64,000 nt of DNA from Octopus sinensis (lineage: Eukaryota): contig NC_043016.1 of assembly GCF_006345805.1 (NCBI RefSeq), positions 7,316,001 to 7,380,000 of the forward strand. The letters are read 5' to 3'. Numbering within the stretch: the stretch's first letter is position 1; the number at the start of each line of letters is the position of its first letter. The notes under the pieces were generated by a model. The model did not search any database and was not told the DNA's origin. It saw only the letters and a program-made list of their open reading frames with translations. Positions 11,755-25,379 of this stretch are shown piece after piece. The translations under genes and the position numbers were made by a program.

Positions 11755-12193
11755 CATTATTTACATTTGATGGATATTTGTCCTCATCTTGTTTGTTGTT
11801 AACACAACATTTTGGTTGATATACCCTCCAGCCTTCATCAGGTGTCTTGGGGAAATTTCAGACCTGGGTTCTCATTCTTAAAGTATTTTTTGATGTTATT
11901 ATTATCATAGGCATATGGCGTAGTGGTTAAGAGCGTGGGCTACTATCCCCAAGATTCCAAGTTCGATTCCAGGCAGTGACCTTAATAATAGTAATAATAA
12001 TAATAACAACAACAACAACATCGAAAAATACCCTGCCAATGAGAACCCAGGTTCAAAATTTCCCCAAGACACCTGATGAAGACTGGAGGGTATATCAGCC
12101 GAAATGCTGTGTTAACAACAAAATAAGATGAAGACAAATATCCATCAAATATAAATAATGTAAATAATTCCTCATCTCTTAAATATAGAACTG
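11755..12193 (+). mobile_element. tRNA-headed SINE carrying a minimal hammerhead motif, preceded by an inverted copy of its own 3' part
   Basis: A-box TGGCGTAGTGG and B-box AGTTCGATTCC (11910-11975); GACAC-CTGATGA-stem-GAAA..GTGTT at 12068-12113; 11755-11905 is the reverse complement of 11998-12160. Confidence 0.8.
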
Positions 12194-12197
12194 CATT

Positions 12198-12340
12198 AAC
12201 ATGTTCTGAGTTCAAATATCACCAAGATTGACTTTACCTTTCATTGTTTTGGGGTTAATAAAATAAATATCAGTAGAGCACAGGTATCAGTATAATCAAC
12301 TACCCCCTCTCAGACCTGTGTCCATTGTAGAAAGAATTAT
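12198..12340 (+). mobile_element. SINE family B fragment
   Basis: ttctgagttcaaat..gactttacctttcat..taccag; similar to 29521 and 38340 copies. Confidence 0.65.
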
Positions 12341-12679
12341 ATATTAGTAGCCTTATTGCAATTACTTGACTTGTTTGAAAGTTTAGGGGAAATCTGTCTT
12401 AAATCCAAAATTTTAAAAGTTTTCCATATTAATTATTCTGTTACATATATCTTTCAATTGAGAGATGGAACTGGAAAAATGAGTTTGTTGTTAATTAATT
12501 AAATTGACTTTGACTACATGAACTTTTCAAAAAAAATAAAAAAAATAAAGAAATAAACTCAGGATTCTGTTGCAGAAAATTCTTTATAATTAAAGGGGGT
12601 CTTGGTAGTGAAATGGTTGGGCAATACTGCCCCATCATTTTAAAAGTGAGAAACCATATAAGATAACAAAGTCAATCGA

Positions 12680-13030
12680 AATTGATCAAAAATCAATGGA
12701 AATTGTATTTGTGATACCTGTGCTGGTGGCACGTAAAAGAACCATCCGGACGTGGCTGTTGCCAGTGCTGCCTCGACTGGCCTCCGTGCCAGTGGCACGT
12801 AAAAAGCACCAACTGATCGTGGCTGTTGCCAGCCTCGCCTGGCACCTGTGCTGGTGGCACATAAAAGGCACCCACTACACTCACAGAGTGGTTGGCATTA
12901 GGAAGGGCATCCAGCTGTAGAAACACTGCCAGATCAGACTTGGCCTGGTGCAGCCTCCTGGCTTCCCAGACCCCGGTTGAACCATCCAACCCATGCTAGC
13001 ATGGAAAGCGGATGTTAAACGATGATGACA
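12680..13030 (+). mobile_element. RTE 3'UTR fragment
   Basis: aaaagcacccactacact..ggaagggcatccagctgtagaaac..gttaaacgatgatg. Confidence 0.8.
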
Positions 13031-13979
13031 GTCCGAAGGAATGGTCATGACTGGAATCTCCCTTACTGTAGGTCTCCTCAGTCAAAGCCCACTTCAGGCT
13101 AAACAAATATCATAATAACAATAACAACAATATAATTATTGAGAAATATTATTACCTTGGAATGCAGCAACACATGAGCCAGCATGTTGGATGGGCTCTA
13201 ATGTATAATATTGCATTGGAATAACCTCTTTATGATACTGATTTTACAAACTTCCATAATTGACTATTAATTTAATGCAAAGAATTTAATAGGTTTTCTT
13301 GATTGTATCAGATATTCAAGATATTCCTATTAAATGTTTTCTGGCTACAGCTTTCCCAATTAGTCCTGCGCAGTAACAACTGAAACAACAACAACAGCAA
13401 TTTCTTTGTTTACCTTTAGGACATAATATAAATAGATTACAATATGGTTCAACAGAAAAATTTAAAAAAACACCAATATGTAAACATAAATATGATATAA
13501 TTGTTATTTTCATGTAATTTTTTTTCCGTGCTGGAATAGATTGGATGAGCCTTGTAGAGGCAAGATTCCAAGATTCCACAGCCAGGTGTATGCCCAGTTG
13601 TGCCATTGTATCATTCACCCTTGTTTTTTATGTCAAGAATTTCTATTCCTCTGATTTTCCCCACCTCACACTTAATGAAACTGCAGAGCTATGGGACATA
13701 TTGTTTATTATAAGACCAGCTTTGTTCACTCAGTAACAATGTCAAAGAAATGGAAACACACATGTATATATACCTATAAGGATACATGTACACACACACA
13801 CTATATATACATTTGAATATGTGTATAAAAGTTTGACAAAAAAATAGAAATAGAACTGAATATGTGAAAATATAGCGGACGTTAAACGATGATGATGATG
13901 ATGATGATGATATATATATATATATGATTGATTGATTCCAGTTTCAGCTCATGAGCTGTGGCCATGCTGGGGCACCGCC

Positions 13980-14013
<34 letters not shown>

Positions 14014-14117
14014 GTAATAGTAACAGAAAAGGGGAATATATATATATATAATATTAGGGAATATGGCTCCAAACTTACAGGGAAAAATTAGATTTAGGAT
14101 TAAATCAAATTTCACAG

Positions 14118-14280
14118 TATAAATTAAATTAGAGATAAAACCACTATTAGGCAACTCAAACAGTGATAGACATAAGCCAATACATAAATAACATAAATAT
14201 TTTTTGTTATTTATGTATTGGTTTATGTCTATCACTGTTTGAGTTGCCTAATAGTGGTTTTATCTCTAATTTAATTTATA
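14118..14280. repeat. Fold-back inverted repeat, about 76-bp arms
   Basis: tataaattaaattagag..aataaca / tgttatt..ctctaatttaatttata; one G.T mismatch seen. Confidence 0.9.
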
Positions 14281-14709
14281 TATATATTGTGAAAATATGT
14301 GTATGTGTGTGTGAAATAAGGTTTAACACTAGTTTGTTATTGTTCCTTCATGCATGTTGCCGTTATAGTTGTTTGGAGCCCAGCAATAGGTGTTCCAAGT
14401 GCATTTAGAAGCTCAATTACATCTGATCCAAACAACCATAATGGTGAAACGTGTGTAAGGACTTTAATATAAACTTGTATTTATTCTTATGTTTCCTACA
14501 TTTGTTCCGTAATTCATAAATAGTAATACTTACTATAGAAGCTGTCTAACTACTATACAGGAAGCAGACTGGATTATGATAATCCATGTGGAGCTCTAAA
14601 TGTAGCAGTAACAGTCATGCATTTATTTGTACATACAATTTCTACCATACACACACACACACACACACACACACTTCTGTACAGTTTCCACCTGCCAAAT
14701 TCCACTTAC

Positions 14710-14950
14710 AAAAAAAGCACCATTTGAGCATGGCCGCTGCCAGTACTGCCTGACTGGCCCTCGTGACGGTGGTGCATAAAAAGCACCCACTACACTCTGA
14801 GTGGTTGGCATTAGGAAGGGCATCCAGCTGTAGAAACTCTGCCAGATCAGAATGGAGCCTAGTGCAGCCATCTGGTTTGCCAGACCTCAGTCAAATCGTC
14901 CAACCCATGCTAGCATGGAAAGCGGATGTTAAACGATGATGATGATAATG
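14710..14950 (+). mobile_element. RTE 3'UTR fragment
   Basis: Same tail family ending in gttaaacgatgat. Confidence 0.8.
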
Positions 14951-15480
14951 ATGAAAGTTATAGAAGGAAACACTTGCCTAAGATGCCATGTAAAATGATG
15001 GAATGTGAAACAATGCAGTTTCAGAGTTAACTTCCTATAACACACCCTTATGTGGCACCTACATGGGTGCTTTATACATGACACCTACATGGGTGCTTTA
15101 TGTGTATCACCTGCATGGGTGTTTTATGTTTCCACCGACACAGGTCCCTTTTAATGTAGATTTTTAAATGGGAAATAAAGCTTTAGAAGCAGTTTTTTTT
15201 TGCTAAAACTGACTGAATGAATGATGGATGAAGTGATTAAAGATACGAAGGTAATGCAGTATTGTCCATGAGAAATTACCAACATGTCTACCAGAGCAGC
15301 AACAACCCATCCAATCAATGCCAGCAAAGAAAATGATTGTAAAATGATGGCAACAGTTGTGTATGTATGTATGTATGTGTGTGTGTTTATATCTGTGTAT
15401 GTATGTATGTATGTGTGTATAATTAACCCTTTTGTTTGTTACAATAGATTTAATTAAATACATTTTTTAAAAAATTCTCT

Positions 15481-15687
15481 TTACTCTTTACTCTTTTACT
15501 TGTTTCAGTCATTTGACTGCGGCCATGCTGGAGCACCGCCTTTAATCGAGCAACTCGACCCCGGGACTTATTCTTTTGTAAGCCCAGTACTTATTCTATC
15601 GTCTCTTTGGCCGAACCGCTAAGTAACGGGGACATAACACACCAGCATCGGTTGTCAAGCAATGCTAGGGGGACAAACACAGACACA

Positions 15688-15723
<36 letters not shown>

Positions 15724-15736
15724 ACACCACACACAT

Positions 15737-15807
<71 letters not shown>

Positions 15808-15960
15808 GACGGGCATCTTTCAGTTTCCGTCTACCAAATCCACTCACACGGCTTTGGTCGGCCCGAGGCTATAGTAGAAGACACTTGCCCAAGGTGCCAC
15901 GCAGTGGGACTGAACCCGAACCATGTGGTTGGTAAACAAGCTACTTACCACAGAGCCACA
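15481..15960 (-). mobile_element. tRNA-derived SINE family A, full length, with expanded internal (CA)/(TA) microsatellite
   Basis: Reverse complement of 17505-17897; (ACTCTTT) tail. Confidence 0.9.
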
Positions 15961-16629
15961 ATATATTTCATTTTTTTTTTTTTAATAATTAATTTTGAAA
16001 ATAATCAAGAATTTGGAGTGCTCAGCTAAAATAATTATTTTCATTCTGTTAATGTTTGGAACATAACTTAAAAATGTTCATACAAGAACATCATAATGGA
16101 AGATTTTAATTTTGAATATGGAACTTTTAATGTGAGAGTCGTACTTGCTAGTTAGCTCTCTGATTGAGTGGATTTATCATCAATGTGATTCCTAGAGTGA
16201 CCATCCCATTATTTTAGGAATATCTAAGGTTGCATTCTCTAATGAGTCTTTTACTTATTCAAGATAACAGTATCTGTCTTCAAGTAGATTTTGGTTGCTT
16301 TTTCAGACAGATTGAGTGATCACATGATCTTTGGAATTACTTCTTTTTTATATCATAGAACCAGAGGTTGATTCAGATGCAGAAAGGGATTAAATAAGTA
16401 AATAAGAGAGATGAGAGGAGGAGTGCTTGATTAGTGTATTGTAACCAACCAGATCCAAGGGGCGGAGGCGCTGGTAGCAACAGAAGCGTCTGTTGTGGTA
16501 GTAGAAGCAGAGAGAGGAGACCATGCACATGCTGACAGACAGTTTTTTTTTTATTGACCCAACACATTACATACAGTACAAAGGCAAAGCACAAAAGTAT
16601 TATCGGTGTGTATTGTTGTTGCCATTAAT

Positions 16630-16830
16630 ATTAGTTTCAAATTTTGGCACAAGGCCAGCATGTTCAGGGAGAGGATAAGTTGATTATATTGACCCCCACT
16701 GCTCAGCTGGTACTTAATTTATCTACCCCAAAAGGATGAAAGGTAAAGTCAACCTCGGCGGAATTTGAACTCAGAATGTTAAAACAAATGAAATGTCACT
16801 AAGCATTTTGCCTGGCATGCTAATGCCGCC
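16630..16830 (-). mobile_element. SINE family B
   Basis: ggatgaaaggtaaagtcaacctcggcggaatttgaactcagaa. Confidence 0.8.
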
Positions 16831-17504
16831 TTTTATTGCTGCCATTCATATTAACGTGCTCCATTTCCGTAACACCAAGTATATTAGCAGCTCCAGTAAC
16901 GAGCAAATTAGCTGATAGCTTATAATTTGGACTTCCAGTTGCAATCACTAAAAGGAAAGCCTACATTTCATCCATGTTTCATTTCAAATCAGTTGTTAGA
17001 TTAAAACCAAATGTGGTATTGAAACATTCGTATTAATTTTAAATTTAAATAACATTGAGATTACTTCTACCCCATTAAATCCTACCCACCTCAAATGTAG
17101 AAAGTCGACCCTGATACCTTATTGTCACCAACCCTACCTGTTTGCTCTCATTGCTCTATAAAAATGTGAGTAGCCATGTAACTTCTCTATGGAAAGAAAC
17201 ATCTGCTCTGGCCCTTTCCTTTCATACTTTGTCCCTCTTTATTCCACATCTGCTATAAAGTTCATAGTCTTGTAAACTGAACTATGGCTTCATTAATGTT
17301 GAGGGCAGGAAAAAATGTACCCAGTACTCACTATAAAGGAGTTAGCATTAGGAAGGGTATCCAGCTGTTGAAACTTCACAAACCATGTACAATGCAGTCC
17401 TTGGGCCCACCATTGGATCTTGTCATATCATTCAACCTATACCTGCATGGAACATAGCCATTAAATGATGATTATAGTGTATGTATCTATGTGTATATAT
17501 ATAT

Positions 17505-17895
17505 AGGAGTGGCTGTGTGGTAAGTAGCTTGCTTACGAATCACATGGTTCTGGGTTCAGTCCCACTACGTGGCACCTTGGGCTAATGTCTTCTACTATAG
17601 CCTCGGGCTGACCAAAGCCTTGTGAATGGATTTGGTAGATGGAAACTGAAAGAAGCCCGTCGTATATGTATATATATATATATGTATGTGTATATGTTTG
17701 TGTGTCTGTGTTTGTCCCCCCAACATCGCTTGACAACCGATGCTGGTGGGTTTACGTCCCCATAACTTAGCGGTGCGGCAAAAGAGACCAATAGAATAAG
17801 TACTAGGCTTACAAAGATTATCCTGGGGTCGATTTGCTCGACTAAAGGCAGTGCTCCAGCATGGCCACAGTCAAATGACTGCAACAAATAAAAGA

Positions 17896-17897
<2 letters not shown>
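17505..17897 (+). mobile_element. tRNA-derived SINE family A, full length
   Basis: GGAGTGGCTGTGTGGTAAG head, GGGTTCAGTCCC B-box, tail aaatgactgcaacaaataaaagag. Confidence 0.9.
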
Positions 17898-17940
<43 letters not shown>

Positions 17941-18244
17941 TAACAGTAGAGGTATAGGTGTCAATCCATTACAACCATTTCTAACAACTTCATTTGATTA
18001 ATGAAAACGTTACATCATTGTAAAGAAACCATTTTCATTAATCTGTTAAGAGTCATTAGAAACTGCTGTAATGGATTGACACCTGTACATCTACTGTTGC
18101 TCATGTTTTTATACACCTGTCTTGGAATCTGCCCTTCGTAAACATTATGGACTGTATATTTAATATAATGTATTTGTCCGAATAGCTCAAGAGCAGATTT
18201 CTTTACTCAGCTGGGTCTAATTGTCTCCATACACTGCATGAATA

Positions 18245-18479
18245 CCTATTTCTTTACTACCCACAAGGGGCTAAACACAGAAGGGACAAACAAGGACAGA
18301 CAAACGGATTAAGTCAATTGCTTCGATCCCAGTGCATAACTGGTACTTAATTTATTGACCCCAAAAGAATGAAAGGCAAAGTCAACCTCGGCGGAATTTG
18401 AATTCAGAATGTAGTGTCAGACGAAATACTGCTCAGCATTTCACCCGGCATGTTAACGTTTCTGCCAGCTCGCCGCCTT
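18245..18479 (-). mobile_element. SINE family B, full length
   Basis: Reverse complement of 29521-29755. Confidence 0.88.
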
Positions 18480-19381
18480 GTACCATTTGGACAATACTTA
18501 TGTACCAAGTTTGATATTTACATAATGTTGTTGTGTATGTATGCTATTCTGACCTAATGAGGTGCCTCAATTTAAGTACCTAATTCATCAGTATCTTATA
18601 TATGTATATATGTGTGTGTGTGTATATTTATATATATATATATATATATAATGGAATGTATTCACATGCTCATAATATACAGACATCCCTGAATATATGT
18701 AGCTTGTATAATACACTTATTCACAAAAATTCTATGTACTTCCCATGCCAGAAACAATTAGATTATAGTTTGCTGAGGAGGTTTGATAAAAGTGAAACAT
18801 GTATCAAGTTATTACCATGCACTTAAAACTCTCCATTACATTCCATATATTAGCTTTACTTATCATGTCAAGTAACCCAGCTCCCACATTACTATTAAAT
18901 TTTCACTCAGTTTGTATCCATGGGTGTTTGTTACACATCCTAATACAGACAAGATACAGGCATACATTCACACACATGTTCAACCCATGCCAGCATGGAA
19001 GATGGGAGTTTGATGATTTACAGTCCCACACACATCTAAATCTCTGTATGTATGAGTATGTATATATGTGCATATAAATATACGCACATGCACACACACA
19101 CATTACATATATATATATACACATTGCTTGTGTCTGGAGGCATATTTGGTTGTTCTTTCTTTGTTTTTACATCACATACTAGTTGTAAAATGAGCACCAC
19201 TGTCACGCATATTGTATCCTTTACTTTTAATCCTCTGTAAAAACATGTCCAGGTGTTAAAAATATGACCTTGCTTGGTAACAGGTGGGTTGGGTTAGAAA
19301 ATTGGAAAGGCATCCAGTCTATCTCCATGCATTTTTGTCTGATTCTTGCATCCATGAAAAGCAGATGTATGTATGTATGTA

Positions 19382-19430
<49 letters not shown>

Positions 19431-19434
19431 CATC

Positions 19435-19560
19435 ATTATCATTTAATGTCCGTGTTTCATGCTAGCATGGGTGGGATAGTACCACAAGAGCCAACCAGGC
19501 TGAAGCTTGCACCAGACCTCTGTGACTGTTTTGCCAGGATTTTTACTGCTGGATGCCTTT
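19435..19560 (-). mobile_element. RTE 3' tail fragment
   Basis: atttaatgtccgtgtttcatgctagcatggg is the reverse complement of the tail. Confidence 0.65.
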
Positions 19561-19619
19561 CCAAACACACACACAAACACACATATATGATATATATAAT
19601 ATATATATATCATATATAC

Positions 19620-21240
19620 TGACTCTCTAACATTGAGAGTCAGTAAGAACCAAAAAGGAAGCAAATAAAACATACTAATTCCCTATACACTCTTTACTGA
19701 AAGGATGATTGTCTTCTCATCATCATGTACTCTTAGACTATTGCATTATCATTGGCCCCAGCACTTCTACTCTCCTCCACTTTACTGAACATGCCTTTAC
19801 TTTTGTCCTTACTTTGAATTGCTCTTTTTATAGTAAATTTAACTAGCAGAATACTGAAGTGACCATAGGAACTAGAATAGGCTCTAGTTACACTAATGAT
19901 TTTGTAGGTTATGTTAAGGCTCAAGTCTTTTACCTGTTTGCTGGTCTCACCTCTGTGTATAAGTATACAGATAACTACACCAGAACCACCTTTCTCTCCC
20001 ATATTCAACTCATCACTTTCATCAAGTCCTTCCACACAGCCTTTTAATTCCTTTGACCATCCCATCCTGTCAATTTCCGTGATATCTCTTTCCCCATTTA
20101 TTATCAAAACCTTTCTCACTCCATGTCCATTTTCTATGAGCCAACTGACTGCACCACTTTCCACCCCATCTATTCTAAATCTTCCATCCTCTACTCATAA
20201 TTCCTATATTTTTGCCATCTCTGTAACCATGATCATGATTTGAAAGCTCAGTTCCACTTGTTGACACTCCAATTCTTGTATCAAGGTTATCCCCTGATTA
20301 TTTTCAATAATACCCTCTTCCTCTGCTCTTCTAACATTGATTGCATCTTTACACTCGTACTCTATACCTTGACCATTTGACCTTTTCCATCACCTTCCAT
20401 TTTATTTTATCTCATCAATAATCCATCTTGTACTCTTTCTACATACTACAGTTATCACTGCAATTTCCATGAATGACCCTTTGCTTTAAATGGGCTTGTA
20501 ATTTGCATGACATTTCAGTTTGCAGCTCTTCTAATCCCAACCGTAACACTCAAATTGCATCTTTCCCCTGCTCACAAACCCAGTGTAACATGTCCTTCAT
20601 TCAACACACAGCCATGCATCTTGAGTCCCACCAACATCACTCCTGTACTACTTGTCATTTTACCTGCATCTCTAAAAATGTTATTTAGTATCTTAAAAAT
20701 CAGTTCTGTGGCCTCCTATACATTGGAGAAAAATGGCTATAGGTTAGTGGATCAAATCACTGAACTATTTTGAGACATCTGCCAAAACACCACCACATCA
20801 CCAGTTAGGCACTATTTTAACTCACCTGCGCACACTGCTTCTCCTCTCTCAGTCTGTGGTATTATTTCACACTACAGATTTCCTGTCTCTCATTTCTAAA
20901 AAGAACAGTACCTCATCTGCCTCAGCTACTCCATCTCTTCAGTTATGAATAGTATGGTAATGATAGCATACTAGACCCTACTACACCACCTTCCATTCAT
21001 CCACCTTCACCTCTATCATAGTACAAAACACTTTTACATGCACCTTTCACTTCTTCCTTGCTAGTACACTTCCTCTTGTTTTCACTCTCTATTCATATCC
21101 CTTTTCCCCTCCTCTTTTCACTTTCTCTTCACCCTCTTATTTTTCCTACTTATTCTCTCCCTCACTCCAAAGTTCTTTCTTTATTTAAGCTCGTTGTAAC
21201 TCAGATTGTGCCTCCACTTCTTTGCTTTCATTTCACCTGA
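19620..21240 (-). other. Unclassified, probably degenerate retroelement region
   Basis: Strong C/T versus A/G strand skew and long stop-poor minus frames (e.g. 19733-20164); no motif recognised. Confidence 0.25.
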
Positions 21241-23774
21241 GACCTGCCATTTGAACAGACATCTTTTCTTTTTTTTAGTTTTGTTAATTTTTTACTTTTG
21301 TCTTGCTTCTCAATTCTTTTTTTATTCTTTCTTCTTGAAAATGGATATCCCTTGAAATGTTAGATTCTCCTCTGTTTCTTCCTTTGATGTATTAAGCTTC
21401 ATTGTACACTTCTTTGTTTGATGTTTTTTAACTTTATATTTCTACACTTTTCAGACACATGCTTCACTTGCCTAACTCTGCATAGTATTTTTTCTTTGTC
21501 TCTTATTCTACTCATGTTGTGTGATTCTTTATTATTTTTTGTATCCTTACTCCTACGCAGTATTCTTCACCACTATTTTGCAGATTGACCATAACATCTA
21601 CACACACACACACACACCTGTATACATACATACATTATATATATGTGAGTGTTTTGAGCTAATATATCTTCTTTGAAAGTAGTTATCTGAGATTAATAGC
21701 TTGTGGAAACAGACTACAAAATTACAAAACAAACATATATATAAAAAAAAACTAAGATACCAAAACTGAAATTAAATTTAATTTCATTAAAAAGACAAGG
21801 AAATGAAAATTAAAAAGAAGGCACTAAAAAATGAATGAAAATTTAACAAATAGTAAAACCAAATAAGAAATATTTTATGCTAATAAAATATAATCAAATT
21901 ATTGATTACATTAAACCTGCTGTATAGTATTAATTATTGATATTGTAACAAATACATATTAAATTGTCAGAATTCATGGAATTTACCAGACATTCTTAAA
22001 AATAGTCTTCATAAAACTTCGTTATATTAATTTATTTTTAGTTTGTTTGAAGCATTTAAAAAAAAATTAGTTGTTTATTCTTTTAGTAAATTTGTATTGA
22101 TTTCTCCCTATTATATTAATTTATATATACATTCATTTATACACACATATACTCATGGCATGTATGTGTATACCTACATATAATGTGTGTATTTGTGTGT
22201 ATAATGTATGCATATGAGATTTAATTTTTTTATGGGTTTTCATCATGTTCTATGTAATATATATATTTATATTTCTATCTGACACTTTGTCTTGTGTATT
22301 CTTTATTCATACCTGATATTATCACTTGCAATCGTATACCCTGTTGCATTCTGGCACAGCATGACATATCACATTACATTGTTACACATACGCATAAACA
22401 CACACATGTATATATACATGTGTGTGTATATTCAAGAATGAGGGAGAATAAAGTAAATGTATGTAAAAGAAATACGTTAAAGAATAGTTTGCACAAAGCA
22501 TTTTTTTATACTTTATTAGATAAAAAGTTGATAAGGCCAAAACAATGGAAAACGAGATACAAAATGAACTACAAATGTGAAGATAGAACAACAGTTGGAA
22601 GTTTTACCACGTATTTTGATATATCAGGGCTGAGAGGATACTGACATGTACAGACTGGGGGTGTTATAAAAGCCAATCCTACGTATCTGAGCATCAATTA
22701 ATTCCATCTCTCATTACTTCACATGTCCTTGGGAAGGGATCCTTACTGTGAAATATCAAAAATTTCAGCTGTTTATTCTTTTTTCATTTTCACAGTTTTC
22801 TTTGTATTTCATTTCACATTAATTCTGCTTCATCAACAGTTCATCTAATGAAATATTTGAAGGTTTCATGCAGCCAACACCTTATTTAGTTGAATATAAT
22901 TGGCAATGGGTAGCAGCAAAGTTCCTTTGAACAAATTTAGAGTTGATCTGATTGGGGTGGCTAGTTGTAAAAAAAAAAAAAAAAAAAAAAAATCCACCAT
23001 CCTCTATTCATGAGTTTCACCACACACACAAATGGATTTTCATGTATATCACAGAGATGAAGAAAAGCAGGAAGAGTGTGGTGTGTTTTTCCATATGTAT
23101 AAGTAATAATATAAACTCTATGTATACATGGTAACAACAGTAAATGACACTGCATACTTCTATAAGGAGCACTTTTACAAGAATGCTTTGTTGTGTATAA
23201 CTTATGTAAACCAACACTTGCACTGCACAATGGTCTCAGAAATATGCGTTTTGGCATCAGTGGATTGTTCTTTTCTATTGAATAATATTTCTCTATGTTT
23301 GTCTTATTTTCTCACTATGTTATATGTATTTGTGTACGTGTGTGTGTGTACAGCTTTATAGAAATGCCTTTCAATTGAAGTCGGTGAATCTATTAACTAG
23401 AGTCCAGTTCTTTGCTAAAAGCTAATCATATTGTTGAGTAACTATACATAGACATTACTTTGCTAACCTTACCCTGGTTTGTTTGGCTGACAACACATAT
23501 TAGTGATATATTCCCATTGAGTAGTTAAAACATATATATTAAAAAAAAGAACCTAATTTGAAATAATTATGTTACAAGGAAAAGACAATTTCATTTTAAT
23601 CATTTCAGTAAGTGTGGGAGACAACTTTGAGCATATTTTGGTCTTATTAGACCTTCTCAACAACAAAAAGAAAAGAAAGAAAAAGAAATTTCCTTCACTG
23701 TTTTTTGCCAAAATTGGATGTAAAATATTGCATATAATTAGAGCATGAAAAATTAGTACATTTATCTCTTATGT

Positions 23775-23977
23775 TGAAATACATTGCCTTTGTTTCAATT
23801 ATGTCTGAAAGTAACGAAGAATTTAGTAAAATAATTTTGTCATTATTAAGTTGGTGTCTGGAACATATATTAACATTGAATTTTGATGGAAAGTTTTAAC
23901 TGAAATTCCTTAAAAGCGTGAAGTTTATATCATAAAACCAAGGGCAGTCTCAGGTGGGTTAGTATCAAAAGGGTTAA
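23775..23977 (-). mobile_element. piggyBac-type MITE, diverged copy
   Basis: Ends GTATCAAAAGGG|TTAA; internal aatttagtaaaataa matches the family. Confidence 0.6.
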
Positions 23978-24764
23978 CAAAAAAAGTTCACTGAGGTTAA
24001 TTCAGAGATGACATTCTTTTATTCTTTTATATGTTTCAGTTCAATGACTGTGACCATGTAAAAAAAAAAAAAAAAATACATACTTTGAAAAATTTATGCA
24101 GTAAAAAAAAAAAAAAAAAAAAAAAATTAGCTCAATGAATTGATATAATTTTACTTAATATATCAAATGCAAGAGAGAACTCCAGACATGTTTTTGTGTG
24201 ATCTGACCTGCTTAGTGATGCATAAACTTTGCTGTACAAGCAGAGCTGTCACCTATATTTGTTTCAAAGATAAACATGTTTTTTTTTAATAAGATTTATT
24301 TTAGATATTTTGTTTTAGTTATTTTTGATACTCTCTACATCAAATATGCTACCACTTGCTGTTTCACTTGAAAAATGAAGGTCACAGTTAAAGTACTAAG
24401 ACTTGTAATAAAAGTGTAATGGACATGAGATGACAAAAAAAGATGCAATGTCTGCATAAACACCTCCTCCCTTCTCCTTCACTATCTGTCAATCTATCTC
24501 GTACATGCTGGCATTTAAATTCATTCTTTGCTATTTTTATCCATCATTAAAACTATTCTAATATAACAACAACCACCATGCTGCAGTATGATTTCTGATA
24601 TGTTTGTGAGTGTGGGCATGCACACGTGTGTGTGTAATGTAATAACAACAACAGGCTGGGGTATATGTACTCTTACATATATATATGTATGTGTGTGTGT
24701 GTGTATATATATTATATATATATATATATATACATACATACATATACATACACATACACACACA

Positions 24765-25300
24765 CAGAGGTTGCAGTGAATAAACTGTCATCTAAATTAT
24801 GCAAAAATGAAAATAACACTGACATCTCATTTTAACAGATATATTTACCAAAATTACATAAAAATATCTTGGAATACTAAAGAGTAAATTTATTCAATCA
24901 AGACGTCGTTGGCTTCAACCACAGCCGCCAGACAACTTCAGAATCTCCTGCAACTCTTTGGATAGTCTCCTTGTTTAAGTTGGTGAATGCTCCCATAATT
25001 CTTGCCTTCAGTTCATTATTGATACTACAAGGGATTTTATTGGTCTCTTGCTCAACTGTGCCCCACACATAATAATCCAGGGGATTGCAGTCTGGGGAGT
25101 TAGGTAGCCAGATGTTAGGAGTGATGGTTGCAGAGATTGTCTGACGGCTATGACTGGGTTCTCCTGCTTGTGTGACATGGTGCAGAGTCCTGTTGCCAGA
25201 CATAGGGTCTTCCAGCAGGCACCATCTTGACCCAGGGCAGCACTACCTCCTCCAGGCACTTGATGTAGGCCTCTGGGTTGAGTCTGAGGCTGTGTAGGAA
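24765..25300 (-). mobile_element. maT-like transposon 3' fragment
   Basis: WLPNSPDCNPLDYYVWGTVEQETNK; homologous to 7570-8100. Confidence 0.8.
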
Positions 25301-25379
25301 GATGTGTTATATATTTGTGTATTCTAAATTTTTCACTATTCTATTTTTATTTGAGAAATAAGTCATACTGTTTAGTCAT

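Noticed and set aside
11908-11985. tRNA gene (also 33805-33880 and 29132-29195)
   Set aside because: A and B boxes are present but there is no acceptor-stem pairing, and each continues into a repeat body, so these are SINE heads.
15052-15130. CRISPR-like array (cacctacatgggtgctttat three times)
   Set aside because: Spacers are only about 8 nt and the context is eukaryotic; it is a simple minisatellite.
16440-16540. GC box (GGGGCGGAGG) as an alternative promoter
   Set aside because: A single short motif with no supporting TATA/Inr spacing; too weak.
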